Positions 17,059 through 25,730 of a stretch of DNA of 54,320 nt are shown one piece after another. The DNA comes from a virus: positions 1 to 54,320 of the IMG/VR virus record IMGVR_UViG_3300031673_000059. One strand, 5' to 3'. The notes below the pieces were generated by a model. That model worked only from the letters and a program-made list of their open reading frames with translations, searched no databases and was not told the origin of the DNA. Within the stretch, counting starts at the first letter, position 1. Each line of letters starts with the position of its first letter. The position numbers and the translations under genes were made by a program.

Positions 17059-18140
17059 ACGGCGATCGGCGCTTCGGTGCAGACCGTGGTGAGGATCCTG
17101 GTGCAGACCCGGTAGGGGTCGCAGTTGGCTCCGGGTCGCCGATCTTCGATGTAGCCGTAGCCCTGCTGGGCTACCTGGGCGGGGATGCGGATCGAGCAGC
17201 CGCGATCACTGTCACCGACCTTGAACGTGTTGATGTCGCACGTCTCGTGCTTGCCGGTCAGGCGCTTCTCCAGGCCGAAGCCGTAGTCTGCGATGTGCTC
17301 GGCGTGGACCTCCGACATCGCCTTGACCGCCGCCGCGATAGCCGACTTGCCGGTGCCTGGGTCTCGCATCTCCTTCGTGGAGAAGTTTGTGTGAGCGCCC
17401 GCACCGTTCCAGTCGCCTTGCTCAGGCTTGCAGTTGAGGGTGGCCGAGATGCCGTAGTCCTCGCCGATCCGGAACAGGAGCCAACGCGCAAAGATCAGGT
17501 GATCTGCGACTGTGAGAGGGTCGGCTGACTCGCCCGGGAACCCAGGACGATGACCGATCTGGAACTCCCACTGACCCAGCATGACTTCGGCATTGATGCC
17601 GTAGATCATCAGCCCGGCCCTCATGCAGGCGCTGAGGTGATCCTCGACCAGCTTGCGGCCCGCAACCTCGTCAGCTCCGACGCCGCAGTAGTAGGGTCCC
17701 TGAGCGCGCTGCGGGAGTCCCTTCTCCGGCCATCCAAGGGGGCGGCCAGTGTCTAGGTTGTAGAGCGTGTACTCCTGCTCGAAGCCGAACCAGGGATCGT
17801 GGTCCTCAGCGACCGACATGATGTCCCGCAGACGGCTGCGAGTGTTGGTCTTGTGCGGCATGTCGTCTGGAGTGGTGACCTCGCACAGGACCAGGAAGTT
17901 GGCGCCGCCGCGAATCGGGTCGTTGACGACGCGAACCGGGGTGAGCACCTGGTCTGAGTTGGACGTCCCCGCCTGATTGGTCGACGAGCCGTCGAAACCC
18001 CAGACCGGAAAGGACGTGTAGTCGATGACGCCCTTCTGATCATCGGGTAGATAGACCACACGGGTCTTCGACCGAAGGTTCTGGACAGGGATGTCGGCGG
18101 ATCCGCCGTCCATCCAGATGTATTCAGCTCGTACGTGCAT
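17055..18140 (-). CDS. glnII: Glutamine synthetase type II (eukaryote-like GSII).
   Basis: EYIWMDGGS N-terminus, GPYYCGVG, NAEVMLGQWEFQIG, DWNGAGAHTNFST and CSIRIP are hallmark GSII motifs. Length is 361 aa. RBS AGGAAGGG. Confidence 0.85.
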   Translation of the reverse strand: MHVRAEYIWMDGGSADIPVQNLRSKTRVVYLPDDQKGVIDYTSFPVWGFDGSSTNQAGTSNSDQVLTPVRVVNDPIRGGANFLVLCEVTTPDDMPHKTNTRSRLRDIMSVAEDHDPWFGFEQEYTLYNLDTGRPLGWPEKGLPQRAQGPYYCGVGADEVAGRKLVEDHLSACMRAGLMIYGINAEVMLGQWEFQIGHRPGFPGESADPLTVADHLIFARWLLFRIGEDYGISATLNCKPEQGDWNGAGAHTNFSTKEMRDPGTGKSAIAAAVKAMSEVHAEHIADYGFGLEKRLTGKHETCDINTFKVGDSDRGCSIRIPAQVAQQGYGYIEDRRPGANCDPYRVCTRILTTVCTEAPIAV

Positions 18141-18226
18141 AAGGCCCTTCCTGACTAATGGGGTTTGAAAGGGCAGTTTATAGCGTACTTAGGGCCGCCT
18201 CGTCGAGCCAGCTCTTATGATCGGGC

Positions 18227-18421
18227 TCATTCACCGATCAGAGCGGCGGCCAGCGTGTTCATGAACGGGCCCACCACAGCATCGTTGCTGAGTCGACGAG
18301 CCGTCATCACCACGCGTGGCATATCGATGTGGTCCTCCGCGCATAGAGAGCGGATGATGGCTTGAGCTTCCTCACCTTTGAGTGAGGCCAACCAACGAAG
18401 CAGGTGTTCTTCAGGTGTCAT
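18227..18421 (-). CDS. Hypothetical small protein of 64 aa.
   Basis: MTPEEHLL... with AGGAGA 5 nt upstream. The 216-aa track ORF is an antisense extension. Confidence 0.5.
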   Translation of the reverse strand: MTPEEHLLRWLASLKGEEAQAIIRSLCAEDHIDMPRVVMTARRLSNDAVVGPFMNTLAAALIGE

Positions 18422-18429
18422 AGGGTCTC

Positions 18430-19611
18430 CTAGTCTATTGATCCGACGATCCGATCGAGCACACCGACCATGTCGAGCATTGTCCCTAGGTATTCGATCG
18501 CCTTGTCTTTCCCCCAGGCGTGGAGCAGACACTCCCTCTCCTTGGGGCCGCCCTTGCAGGTTACCCCGTCCTTCTCGCCGAGCGCCTTGACTACGCTCGA
18601 ATCGAACGCCTCGTTGTTCTTCCTCTGCATCTTGATGTTGATGACCCTCTTCCGAGGGCCGATGGTGATGGTGTAGTCGCCGTAGGCGATGGCGTACCAA
18701 GGCTCGTTTTTGAACTGGTCCTTGTAGTAGCCGTTGGGGAGCTCCGTCCTCGTCTTGTTGGCCAGTCCGACCGCCTCGAAGATCTCGTTGAAGAGCTTGG
18801 CGTGCCGGAGCTTGATCGGGTCGACCGGGACCTCGATTTCCTGACTCCGCCCTGCGTCCACCGCCTCCCAGGTCCACTCGCCGTCGACCTTGTTCTGGAT
18901 CCAGACGCTGACCTCATCGCCGGGAACCTGGGGAGGGATAGGGGACGCAGGGTGCCCAGTCTGGTACCAGGACTTCTTGCCGGCCGCCGCGTGGGCTTCG
19001 AGCGCGTCTAGGATCTCCTGGGAGTGTCTCTTTACCTCGTAGAGGGCGTTCTCGGCCATGTTCTTGAGAACTGCCATCCGGTCGATGGCGTCAGGGGCGT
19101 CCATCATGCCCCATTCCGAGCCCGGGTCTGACACCCGCCTCTTCCAGTTGGGCTCCCACTGACCGATGGTTTTCAGGAGGCCGAGGAGCAGAGGACCCTT
19201 CTTGGGCTCGGCTACCCCGCCATCGAGAAGCGGAAAGACCAGCATCCCGATCGGGCCTCCGGCTCCGAGTTCGGCCAGCCTAGCGACAGCAGTGTTCCGA
19301 TCTGCCTCAGGGGTCAAGGGGGTGACAAGCGCTCTGAGCTGAGAGACCTCTTCGTCGAAGGCGGCCTTGTTGGCCCGCCAGGTCTTGAGGACCGTGCCGT
19401 TGAACCAGTCGGCCACCCTCTCGGAGAGACCCTCGCCCGGCTTCCGCATGAGCATGAAGAGGTTCCCGCCGTCGGCGGCCATATGGACCCCGAACCGGTC
19501 GCAGCCCTTGCACTTGAAGTTGCTCTGCGACATCCCGCCGAAGGAACCACCGTGACCCTGCCACTTAGGCGCGGCGCAGATACAGGACGGTACGTTCTCT
19601 GGCAACGCCAT
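18430..19611 (-). CDS. Hypothetical protein of 393 aa.
   Basis: Long ORF in an operon. Its ATG overlaps the TAA of the NADAR gene (TAATG). Confidence 0.65.
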   Translation of the reverse strand: MALPENVPSCICAAPKWQGHGGSFGGMSQSNFKCKGCDRFGVHMAADGGNLFMLMRKPGEGLSERVADWFNGTVLKTWRANKAAFDEEVSQLRALVTPLTPEADRNTAVARLAELGAGGPIGMLVFPLLDGGVAEPKKGPLLLGLLKTIGQWEPNWKRRVSDPGSEWGMMDAPDAIDRMAVLKNMAENALYEVKRHSQEILDALEAHAAAGKKSWYQTGHPASPIPPQVPGDEVSVWIQNKVDGEWTWEAVDAGRSQEIEVPVDPIKLRHAKLFNEIFEAVGLANKTRTELPNGYYKDQFKNEPWYAIAYGDYTITIGPRKRVINIKMQRKNNEAFDSSVVKALGEKDGVTCKGGPKERECLLHAWGKDKAIEYLGTMLDMVGVLDRIVGSID

Positions 19612-20048
19612 TAGGGCATCTCCATGATCTCTGCTCTGATATCCATCAAAATGCGGCCCAAGTGATTTTCTCCCTCACCCTCACAGACCCCCCAAAAGGT
19701 GTCGCGCCAAGAGTTTCCTTCGACCAGGTGCTGTCGTCCGGTCAGGATCAACTTCTCTCTGAGTCCAGGGTTCTCGAACTTCTTCCGCAGGATCCCTTTC
19801 ATCGTAGCGAGCTTGCAGATCCGCTCATTCTTGGTCCAGCCCTTAGACAGGGTGACCTTCTGGCCCAATCGCTTAGCCTTGCCGCAGGACTTGGCCTCCC
19901 TGATCTCTCGCCTTTGCTCAGGATCATCAGTCTTGGCGGCCTGATAGGCATGCTCTGAAGATGGATAAACGTCCCCCTGCCACTCGATGTCGATCATGTG
20001 GAAGTTGGAGAGCCAGCGGTATTCGCCTTTGAAGTCGGTGATGCTCAC
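19611..20048 (-). CDS. NADAR (YbiA/DUF1768) domain protein.
   Basis: YRWLSNFH...SSEHAYQAAK...LILTG...WGVC matches NADAR family motifs. The GTG start at 20048 overlaps the upstream TGA (GTGA). Confidence 0.75.
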   Translation of the reverse strand: MSITDFKGEYRWLSNFHMIDIEWQGDVYPSSEHAYQAAKTDDPEQRREIREAKSCGKAKRLGQKVTLSKGWTKNERICKLATMKGILRKKFENPGLREKLILTGRQHLVEGNSWRDTFWGVCEGEGENHLGRILMDIRAEIMEMP

Positions 20049-20314
20049 TTCGGCCCCTGACCGTAGGCGTGGTCCCAGTGCTCGTCTTCGGCGATCTCTT
20101 GGTCGGTCGGCAGTCTGTCGACCGTCACCACAGCCTCCAGCCGAGGGGCACCGAGGAGCGGGTAGTTGAAGACCCATTCCACACTCAGGACCTTCATTCG
20201 GTCGTCACTGATGTGCTTGTTGCGGAGGATCGACCCGACGGGCGGTGGCCCGTCTACAGCCTTCATCCTGTAGGGGTCTGGTACGACCCCTGGCCCTTTG
20301 TGCTTGATGATCAT
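20045..20314 (-). CDS. Hypothetical protein of 89 aa.
   Basis: MIIKHKGPG... ATGA overlap with the upstream gene. Confidence 0.5.
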   Translation of the reverse strand: MIIKHKGPGVVPDPYRMKAVDGPPPVGSILRNKHISDDRMKVLSVEWVFNYPLLGAPRLEAVVTVDRLPTDQEIAEDEHWDHAYGQGPK

Positions 20315-20892
20315 TTGTTGAACTGCTCGTAGTCTTCCTCGTCGTAGGCACGACAGGACGGATGATGGGCGTTGCCGCGACTCTCGCCGCAGCAGCACTC
20401 GGAGACGTGTTTGCCGCAGTCACACCACTCGGACGATCGCGACCCCGCCGCGTAGGTCTGGAGCGTGGGCTTAGGCGCAGGCTCAACCGGCTCGATGGGA
20501 GCTGGGCCGACCTTGCCGATCAGCTTGGGGCGGCGCTTCCCCCAAGCCCTGAGTTCTTCTACGTTCGGCGGCCGCCACTCACCAGTCCAGTGCTCGGACG
20601 TGTCCCACTCCTCGGGGTCCTCAGGGTGGTTCGACCTGTAGCTCGTGAGCTTGAGCTCGCCCTCGAATACCCACACACCAGGGGCAGGGGGCTCATCCAA
20701 GCCGTAGTCGCAGATGGACATCGACATGATGTTCTCCACGTAGACGCTGAACATCGGCTTCTCCTCTTCCCAGCTCAGGAGCATGCCATCGCTGCCGTCA
20801 TGCGGAACGGCGGCAAAGACCTTGATCTTCTGGGGACCGCATGTGCCACCCCGGTCGCCTGGTAGCTTGATTTGTTCTCCTCGTGTGCTCAT
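20311..20892 (-). CDS. Hypothetical protein with a Cys-rich C-terminus.
   Basis: MSTRGEQ... start overlapping the upstream TAA (TAATG). The C-terminus reads CDCGKHVSECCCGESRGNAHHPSC. Confidence 0.55.
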   Translation of the reverse strand: MSTRGEQIKLPGDRGGTCGPQKIKVFAAVPHDGSDGMLLSWEEEKPMFSVYVENIMSMSICDYGLDEPPAPGVWVFEGELKLTSYRSNHPEDPEEWDTSEHWTGEWRPPNVEELRAWGKRRPKLIGKVGPAPIEPVEPAPKPTLQTYAAGSRSSEWCDCGKHVSECCCGESRGNAHHPSCRAYDEEDYEQFNK

Positions 20893-21509
20893 TAGGGCTT
20901 CAGCTCCTCTGCAAACCGTGTGTCTTCGGACGCGACGTGCTGCATGAACCAGCACAGCGCTTGATACCTGAAGTAGGTATTGACGTCGTGGTCCCTAAAG
21001 CTGGGAGGATCGTCGTAGTCGTGGGAGGAACAGATCTCATGCCATTCCCGCTCGGCCTCCCGTGGATGGTCCTTGGACGGGAACTCTCTCCAAGCCCGAA
21101 GCATCTTGATGTAATTGGTCACTGACGTCTTGTCGCCGGTCCTCCGCTCCTCGCCGATCCGCTCGACGAGGTAAGCCTCAACCGCGTCCGCGTCGAAGAC
21201 TTCGTTCTGGTTCTGGAGCGAGAGCTTGGACATCGGGTAGTAGGGCTGGTCGGGCTTCATCTTGCAGCCCAGCGCCCACCGGAGCGGCTTCCGGTGGTTC
21301 ACATTCAAAACCATGTCGCCGATGTCGCCAGTGACGACGATGCTGCCGGGCACCATGATCACTCTGAAGTGATAGACCCCGGTGCCCTTCTCGCCGCAGA
21401 ACCACAATCCGGGCCCCTCCCTGGTGATCTGATGCTTGTCGAAGGTCTGGAACCCGACGACCTGTTCCAGTGCCTTCTCGTTGTTCGTCTTGGGACGTGC
21501 CTTGTTCAT
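20892..21509 (-). CDS. Hypothetical protein, first gene of a long minus-strand operon.
   Basis: 205-aa ORF. Confidence 0.55.
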   Translation of the reverse strand: MNKARPKTNNEKALEQVVGFQTFDKHQITREGPGLWFCGEKGTGVYHFRVIMVPGSIVVTGDIGDMVLNVNHRKPLRWALGCKMKPDQPYYPMSKLSLQNQNEVFDADAVEAYLVERIGEERRTGDKTSVTNYIKMLRAWREFPSKDHPREAEREWHEICSSHDYDDPPSFRDHDVNTYFRYQALCWFMQHVASEDTRFAEELKP

Positions 21510-21565
21510 AGCGTCTTTTACCCGTCGATCGACACAGATACGAGGTAAACAAGTCTTAGGAACAG

Positions 21566-22423
21566 ATGAGATATTACGACAAACGAGGAAACCCCATTAC
21601 GCTGGAGCAGTGGTCTGTTCTCCTCAACGACCCTGACTACCAACGGGTTGCGATCGACCAAGGCTCGGGCAGGCAGGTCTCCACCGTCTGGTTGGGACTG
21701 GATCACCGGCATGGAAGAGGCGGATCGCCGCTTATCTTCGAGACCATGGTCTTTCCGATGAGTCCTAACGGTGATGTAGGCGTGGGCGAAATCGACGCCG
21801 ATCGATACTCCACCCTGGAAGAGGCCCTAGCAGGCCACGCAGAGATGGCAAAGGATCACGCTTACGTGCTGGACAAGATCGTCAGGAAGCTGGAGGAGTC
21901 CGACAAGTCGGTCAAGGTCTGGACCATTCAGACGGAGGCGGCCTACGAGGAGCTCAAGGCGGAGGGAACGCTCTACGGTGACTGGAGCCGGGTGGACAAG
22001 GACTTCAAGAAGGCCTACTACTGGCTCTGCCATCAGATGGAGAATAGGGGCATGAGACTGAGGGGGCGGCCGCCGATCTGGGCTTGGCAGACGAAGCCCG
22101 ACCTCCGGCACAACGCCCATCTCGAAAAGGGCGAGAAGGGCGTTCGACTGGAGTTGGAGGTTCCGTCGGTTGAGCTTCTGGCGTCGAACTACAGTGCATG
22201 GCACTGCGTGCTCAACGATCACTACCTCACGTCTACCGACGCCGAGACCGACAAGGCGTTCTCTGATGACGGCTACACCAGGGATGAGATCGAGCTCAGC
22301 TGGCAGAAGGTGTTCGACCTGGACTACTGCGTGTCCGCCGACTACGGGTCTGCGGTCCAGCTGACGATGCCGGCCCTGGAGCTCCACTACGTGAAGAAGG
22401 CTCAGGCGTTTCGAGGACGGTAG
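21566..22423 (+). CDS. Hypothetical protein with a DUF3841-like C-terminal half.
   Basis: VKVWTIQTEAAYEELKAEGTL resembles the N-terminus of DUF3841 proteins. RBS AGGAACAG. Confidence 0.5.
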   Translation: MRYYDKRGNPITLEQWSVLLNDPDYQRVAIDQGSGRQVSTVWLGLDHRHGRGGSPLIFETMVFPMSPNGDVGVGEIDADRYSTLEEALAGHAEMAKDHAYVLDKIVRKLEESDKSVKVWTIQTEAAYEELKAEGTLYGDWSRVDKDFKKAYYWLCHQMENRGMRLRGRPPIWAWQTKPDLRHNAHLEKGEKGVRLELEVPSVELLASNYSAWHCVLNDHYLTSTDAETDKAFSDDGYTRDEIELSWQKVFDLDYCVSADYGSAVQLTMPALELHYVKKAQAFRGR

Positions 22424-22610
22424 GCCTCTCGTGAGCCCTCGTTCGCGGGTCCGGACGCTTGACCTTTCCGGTGATCTTTCGGGTAAAAGCCTTTGTCTCT
22501 TGGGTCACGTGGCCCCCGCAGGTCGAGCAGAGCCAACCTGCCTCTGTAAGCTCGCACCTACGGGCATCAGCATCAGTCTTACAGAGGACGCACTTGACGG
22601 TCACATCACT

Positions 22611-23096
22611 ATGTTAGATGAGTCGAGCCCCTTTGTGATCAAAGTCCCGGAGGGTGCGTCCCACATAGACCTAGGGCCGATTCTTCGCCCACTGATCTTC
22701 TCAATCCTGAAGCGTGGCCTAACCGATCCGGTGGCCATCGAGCGATACATCAAGGATGGGGACGAGGCCCTCGCCTACCGAGAGCTTCTCCCCAAGATCA
22801 ACAGCGCCCTTCTGATCAACTATCTGCTTCAGCACGACTGGGTTCAGGCAAACAAGAACCACGTCTGCGTAGCATTCGTCAGAGAATACGATGCCAAGCG
22901 ACCGACGTACGATCGATACGGCCCAAACGTTCGAGTTCACCTAGAGCGGGAGGATGCGAACCACCTGCTCCACAGACACAACGACACTATCGGCGACATC
23001 GCGCAGCACGACAGAAAGAGCAAGTTGGAGGTCACCAAGGAGATCATCGCCTCGGCCAACATCCTTGATCGAATCGTGGCTGAGCTAGGCGACTAA
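22611..23096 (+). CDS. Hypothetical protein. The start is uncertain; the track ORF begins at 22431.
   Basis: GC3 rises only after about 22611 (MLDESSPF...). Confidence 0.45.
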   Translation: MLDESSPFVIKVPEGASHIDLGPILRPLIFSILKRGLTDPVAIERYIKDGDEALAYRELLPKINSALLINYLLQHDWVQANKNHVCVAFVREYDAKRPTYDRYGPNVRVHLEREDANHLLHRHNDTIGDIAQHDRKSKLEVTKEIIASANILDRIVAELGD

Positions 23097-24187
23097 TGTG
23101 CGACGTCGTGCCGCTCCCTCACGAAAGAGGGGAACCGGGGCACGCCAGCGTTGGTGAGCTCTTGGTATCGGTAGGTGATGGTCGCGCCGATCATGGGCGG
23201 ATTGTCCCGTTGAGCGTCGGACATGCCCGTGCCGACCTTGAACTCGGTCCCGTCGGCGGCCCGAACCTCCAAGGCACCACATCGACCCTTGTGTCGGCCC
23301 TTGCCCTTGGTGTAGCCGGTCACGGTCGCCTCGGCGTCGTGGAAGGTCTTGACCTTCAGGAGGGAGTGGGATCGCCCCGCCTCGTAGAGAGACTCAGGTT
23401 GCCTCAGCATGAGACCCTCACCACCGGCCGCATCCATGAGGGTCAGCGCCTTCATCAGGTAGTCGATGCTCCTGCACTGGCTCTGAGCCACCGCTTCGCC
23501 GTAGGGCATGAACTCGACGACCTTGTTGACGACCTTGAATCGGTCCTCAACCCGCTTGTCGAAGCCGGGCGTGTCGAAGACGAGGTACTTGACCTTCTTC
23601 CAGAGGTCTCCAGCGTTGTGCCGTCGGACGATGCTGACGGTGTCCTGGAAGAGACCTCGACCGACGAAGAGCTCGCCGTCGAGAGGGAAGGAGGGGAACC
23701 CTTCAGTGAACCAGGCGGGGGCGTGGTAGACGTTGCCGAGCCGGGATAGGAACTTCGTGCCGTCCCAGTAGGCTCGGACGCCGTCCAGCTTCTCGCTCAT
23801 CCACCACCCGGCGATGTCCTGCTCACCGTCCCACTTGTGGGCCAGGAGGATCTCAGGGACCTCCTTCGGAGCGACTACCAGCTTAGGAGCGGCGGCCTTC
23901 TTGGTGCCCTTCTTGGTCTTAGGGGCGGCGGCCACACCGTCGAGAGGGTTCTTCTTCTTCTTCTTCTTCCACGCCGTGGGCATGTTGTCGTGACCGACCC
24001 GGGAGACCTCGGCCTCAGCGCCCCGGTGTGTCACAAGGTGCTTACAGGTCCGGATGTCGATCGCGTGCGACTGCATCTTCCAGGCGACGCAGGAGCAGTC
24101 GTAGACGCCCCCAATGTTCCGCAGAACGTAGGGCGTCTTACCAGAACCCTTTACCTCAGTCGTCTCGCCATCATTCAGGTCAGCCAT
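23093..24187 (-). CDS. ATP-dependent DNA ligase with an N-terminal SWIM-like zinc finger.
   Basis: Motif I KLDGVR (adenylation lysine), EGLMLR and LLKVK. The N-terminal Cys motif is CSCVAWKMQSHAIDIRTCKH. Confidence 0.8.
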   Translation of the reverse strand: MADLNDGETTEVKGSGKTPYVLRNIGGVYDCSCVAWKMQSHAIDIRTCKHLVTHRGAEAEVSRVGHDNMPTAWKKKKKKNPLDGVAAAPKTKKGTKKAAAPKLVVAPKEVPEILLAHKWDGEQDIAGWWMSEKLDGVRAYWDGTKFLSRLGNVYHAPAWFTEGFPSFPLDGELFVGRGLFQDTVSIVRRHNAGDLWKKVKYLVFDTPGFDKRVEDRFKVVNKVVEFMPYGEAVAQSQCRSIDYLMKALTLMDAAGGEGLMLRQPESLYEAGRSHSLLKVKTFHDAEATVTGYTKGKGRHKGRCGALEVRAADGTEFKVGTGMSDAQRDNPPMIGATITYRYQELTNAGVPRFPSFVRERHDVAH

Positions 24188-24285
24188 GAAGTCTTATACC
24201 TCTATTCGTGGTGGTTGATTCACCCACCACGAGTGGCCGAGCTGATTCATCGAGTTCTAGTGGTATGGCCGGTGATCCACGTCGG

Positions 24286-24546
24286 TCATTGATGCTCCTC
24301 ATCGTGGCAGTCATCACAGTATTGACCGGCGGCCAGGCGTCTCCAGACCCTAGTCACCATGCGTGCGCATGATGAGCACTTGTAGACGCGGGGCTCCTCC
24401 CTCTCGGGAGGCTCGTAGTCCTCGCAGTCACACCCCGGCTCTACACACTCGTCCTGGCGAGTGGCGTACCAACAGCCTGGGCGGGAGAGCGGCAGGTGGT
24501 CATGACCACACTCCGCGCACGACTCGGAGTCAATGACGTGCTCCAC
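24286..24546 (-). CDS. Small Cys-rich protein.
   Basis: 86-aa ORF with multiple CxxC pairs. Confidence 0.5.
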   Translation of the reverse strand: MEHVIDSESCAECGHDHLPLSRPGCWYATRQDECVEPGCDCEDYEPPEREEPRVYKCSSCARMVTRVWRRLAAGQYCDDCHDEEHQ

Positions 24547-25034
24547 TACTGGGAGTCGCTGCCGACCTCGTTGAGGTCGATGTGAATGGGCAACCCACTG
24601 ATGATCGAATTGTCGGCCAGCCGACTCGCCCGTGAGTTGTAGTCTTCTACTAGAGCAATACGTCTCTTCTGAGCGTCGAGGATCGCCTGGTTCAGGCGCC
24701 GTGACTCAACGCGGTCTTCCTCGCGCGAGATGCTCAGGAGACCGGACCTCTCGGCAACCTCCGCCTGGTGCCTGGCGAGCGCATCCTGCGCGAGTCTTAC
24801 CTCGACATCGGATCCAGCGATTACCTCGCGTTGCTCCAGGAACCAGTCCCGGTCGATGGTCACCGCGTCGACCTTGCTGTTCATGTGAAGGGCCAGCTTG
24901 GTGACCGTCACACCCACGCTGATCAACACGATCAGCAGCACGATCCTGACGATCCACCTCGTGATCCGCTCCGGCGACGCGACCTTGTCTACCGTCTTCT
25001 CGATCTCATCCAGTGGCATCGTCGTCTCCCTCAA
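24546..25034 (-). CDS. Membrane-anchored coiled-coil protein, i-spanin-like architecture.
   Basis: One N-terminal TM helix (IVRIVLLIVLISVGVTV) followed by a coiled coil. Confidence 0.45.
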   Translation of the reverse strand: MRETTMPLDEIEKTVDKVASPERITRWIVRIVLLIVLISVGVTVTKLALHMNSKVDAVTIDRDWFLEQREVIAGSDVEVRLAQDALARHQAEVAERSGLLSISREEDRVESRRLNQAILDAQKRRIALVEDYNSRASRLADNSIISGLPIHIDLNEVGSDSQ

Positions 25035-25407
25035 TCAGCGCCAGCTTGTCTAGCGCGTTTAGTTCTTCTAGCTCGTCCTGGTAGATCTGCGTGGCAGAGA
25101 ACTCACCATCCATCGTCTGGATCGACCAGTAGTTCCCGGCCCTCATGCCGGGGGTGTCTGGGGTGTAGTGGGTCAGCCGGACGAAGGTCCCTGGCTCGGG
25201 GCTCATCACCTCCTTGTGCCAGCCGTTCTCCGTCTCCCACTCCTTGTAGAGTTCCGGCGTCGGATCCTTCAGCTTGAAGACCTTGCCGACCATCGCATAC
25301 ATCCGATCCCGAAACGGGAGCTCATGGCCATTCCAATAGTCCCGGCACTCCTCGGTGTCCTCCTCGTGGCCGAGCACATCACACCGGGAGCAGTAGGTCT
25401 CGTTCAC
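25006..25407 (-). CDS. Hypothetical protein.
   Basis: 133-aa ORF. Confidence 0.5.
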   Translation of the reverse strand: MNETYCSRCDVLGHEEDTEECRDYWNGHELPFRDRMYAMVGKVFKLKDPTPELYKEWETENGWHKEVMSPEPGTFVRLTHYTPDTPGMRAGNYWSIQTMDGEFSATQIYQDELEELNALDKLALIEGDDDATG

Positions 25408-25730
25408 CAGGAATCGGCCCTTCCGGTTCGATCCATGTGACCGAGGATCTCTTCGATCCTGTCGTAGTGCTGTTGCCGCCGCTCGGCGAACTGGCTCAGG
25501 CTGATGATCTCCTCCTGACAGTTGGCGAAGCTACCGTTGATCGACATGAGTTCGACCTTGAGTTGCATGATCGGTGTAGGCTGCCGGAACTTAGCCGACA
25601 CGCCCGGGATACCGGGCAGAGCGTCTATAGGCGCGTCGTGGTAGCCACATGAGCCGCAGTATTTGGACCTGATGTCCATCTCGTTGAAGGACCGTCGTGA
25701 ACACTTTGGGCAGACGATGGCGTCGGCCAT
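25404..25730 (-). CDS. Zinc-ribbon protein.
   Basis: CPKCS...CGSCG. Confidence 0.5.
   Translation of the reverse strand: MADAIVCPKCSRRSFNEMDIRSKYCGSCGYHDAPIDALPGIPGVSAKFRQPTPIMQLKVELMSINGSFANCQEEIISLSQFAERRQQHYDRIEEILGHMDRTGRADSW

Noticed and set aside
18227-18877. 216-aa ORF overlapping the end of gene 18430..19611.
   Set aside because: Only the last 64 codons, which have their own AGGAGA RBS, look genuine. The Arg-rich N-terminal part is antisense overlap.
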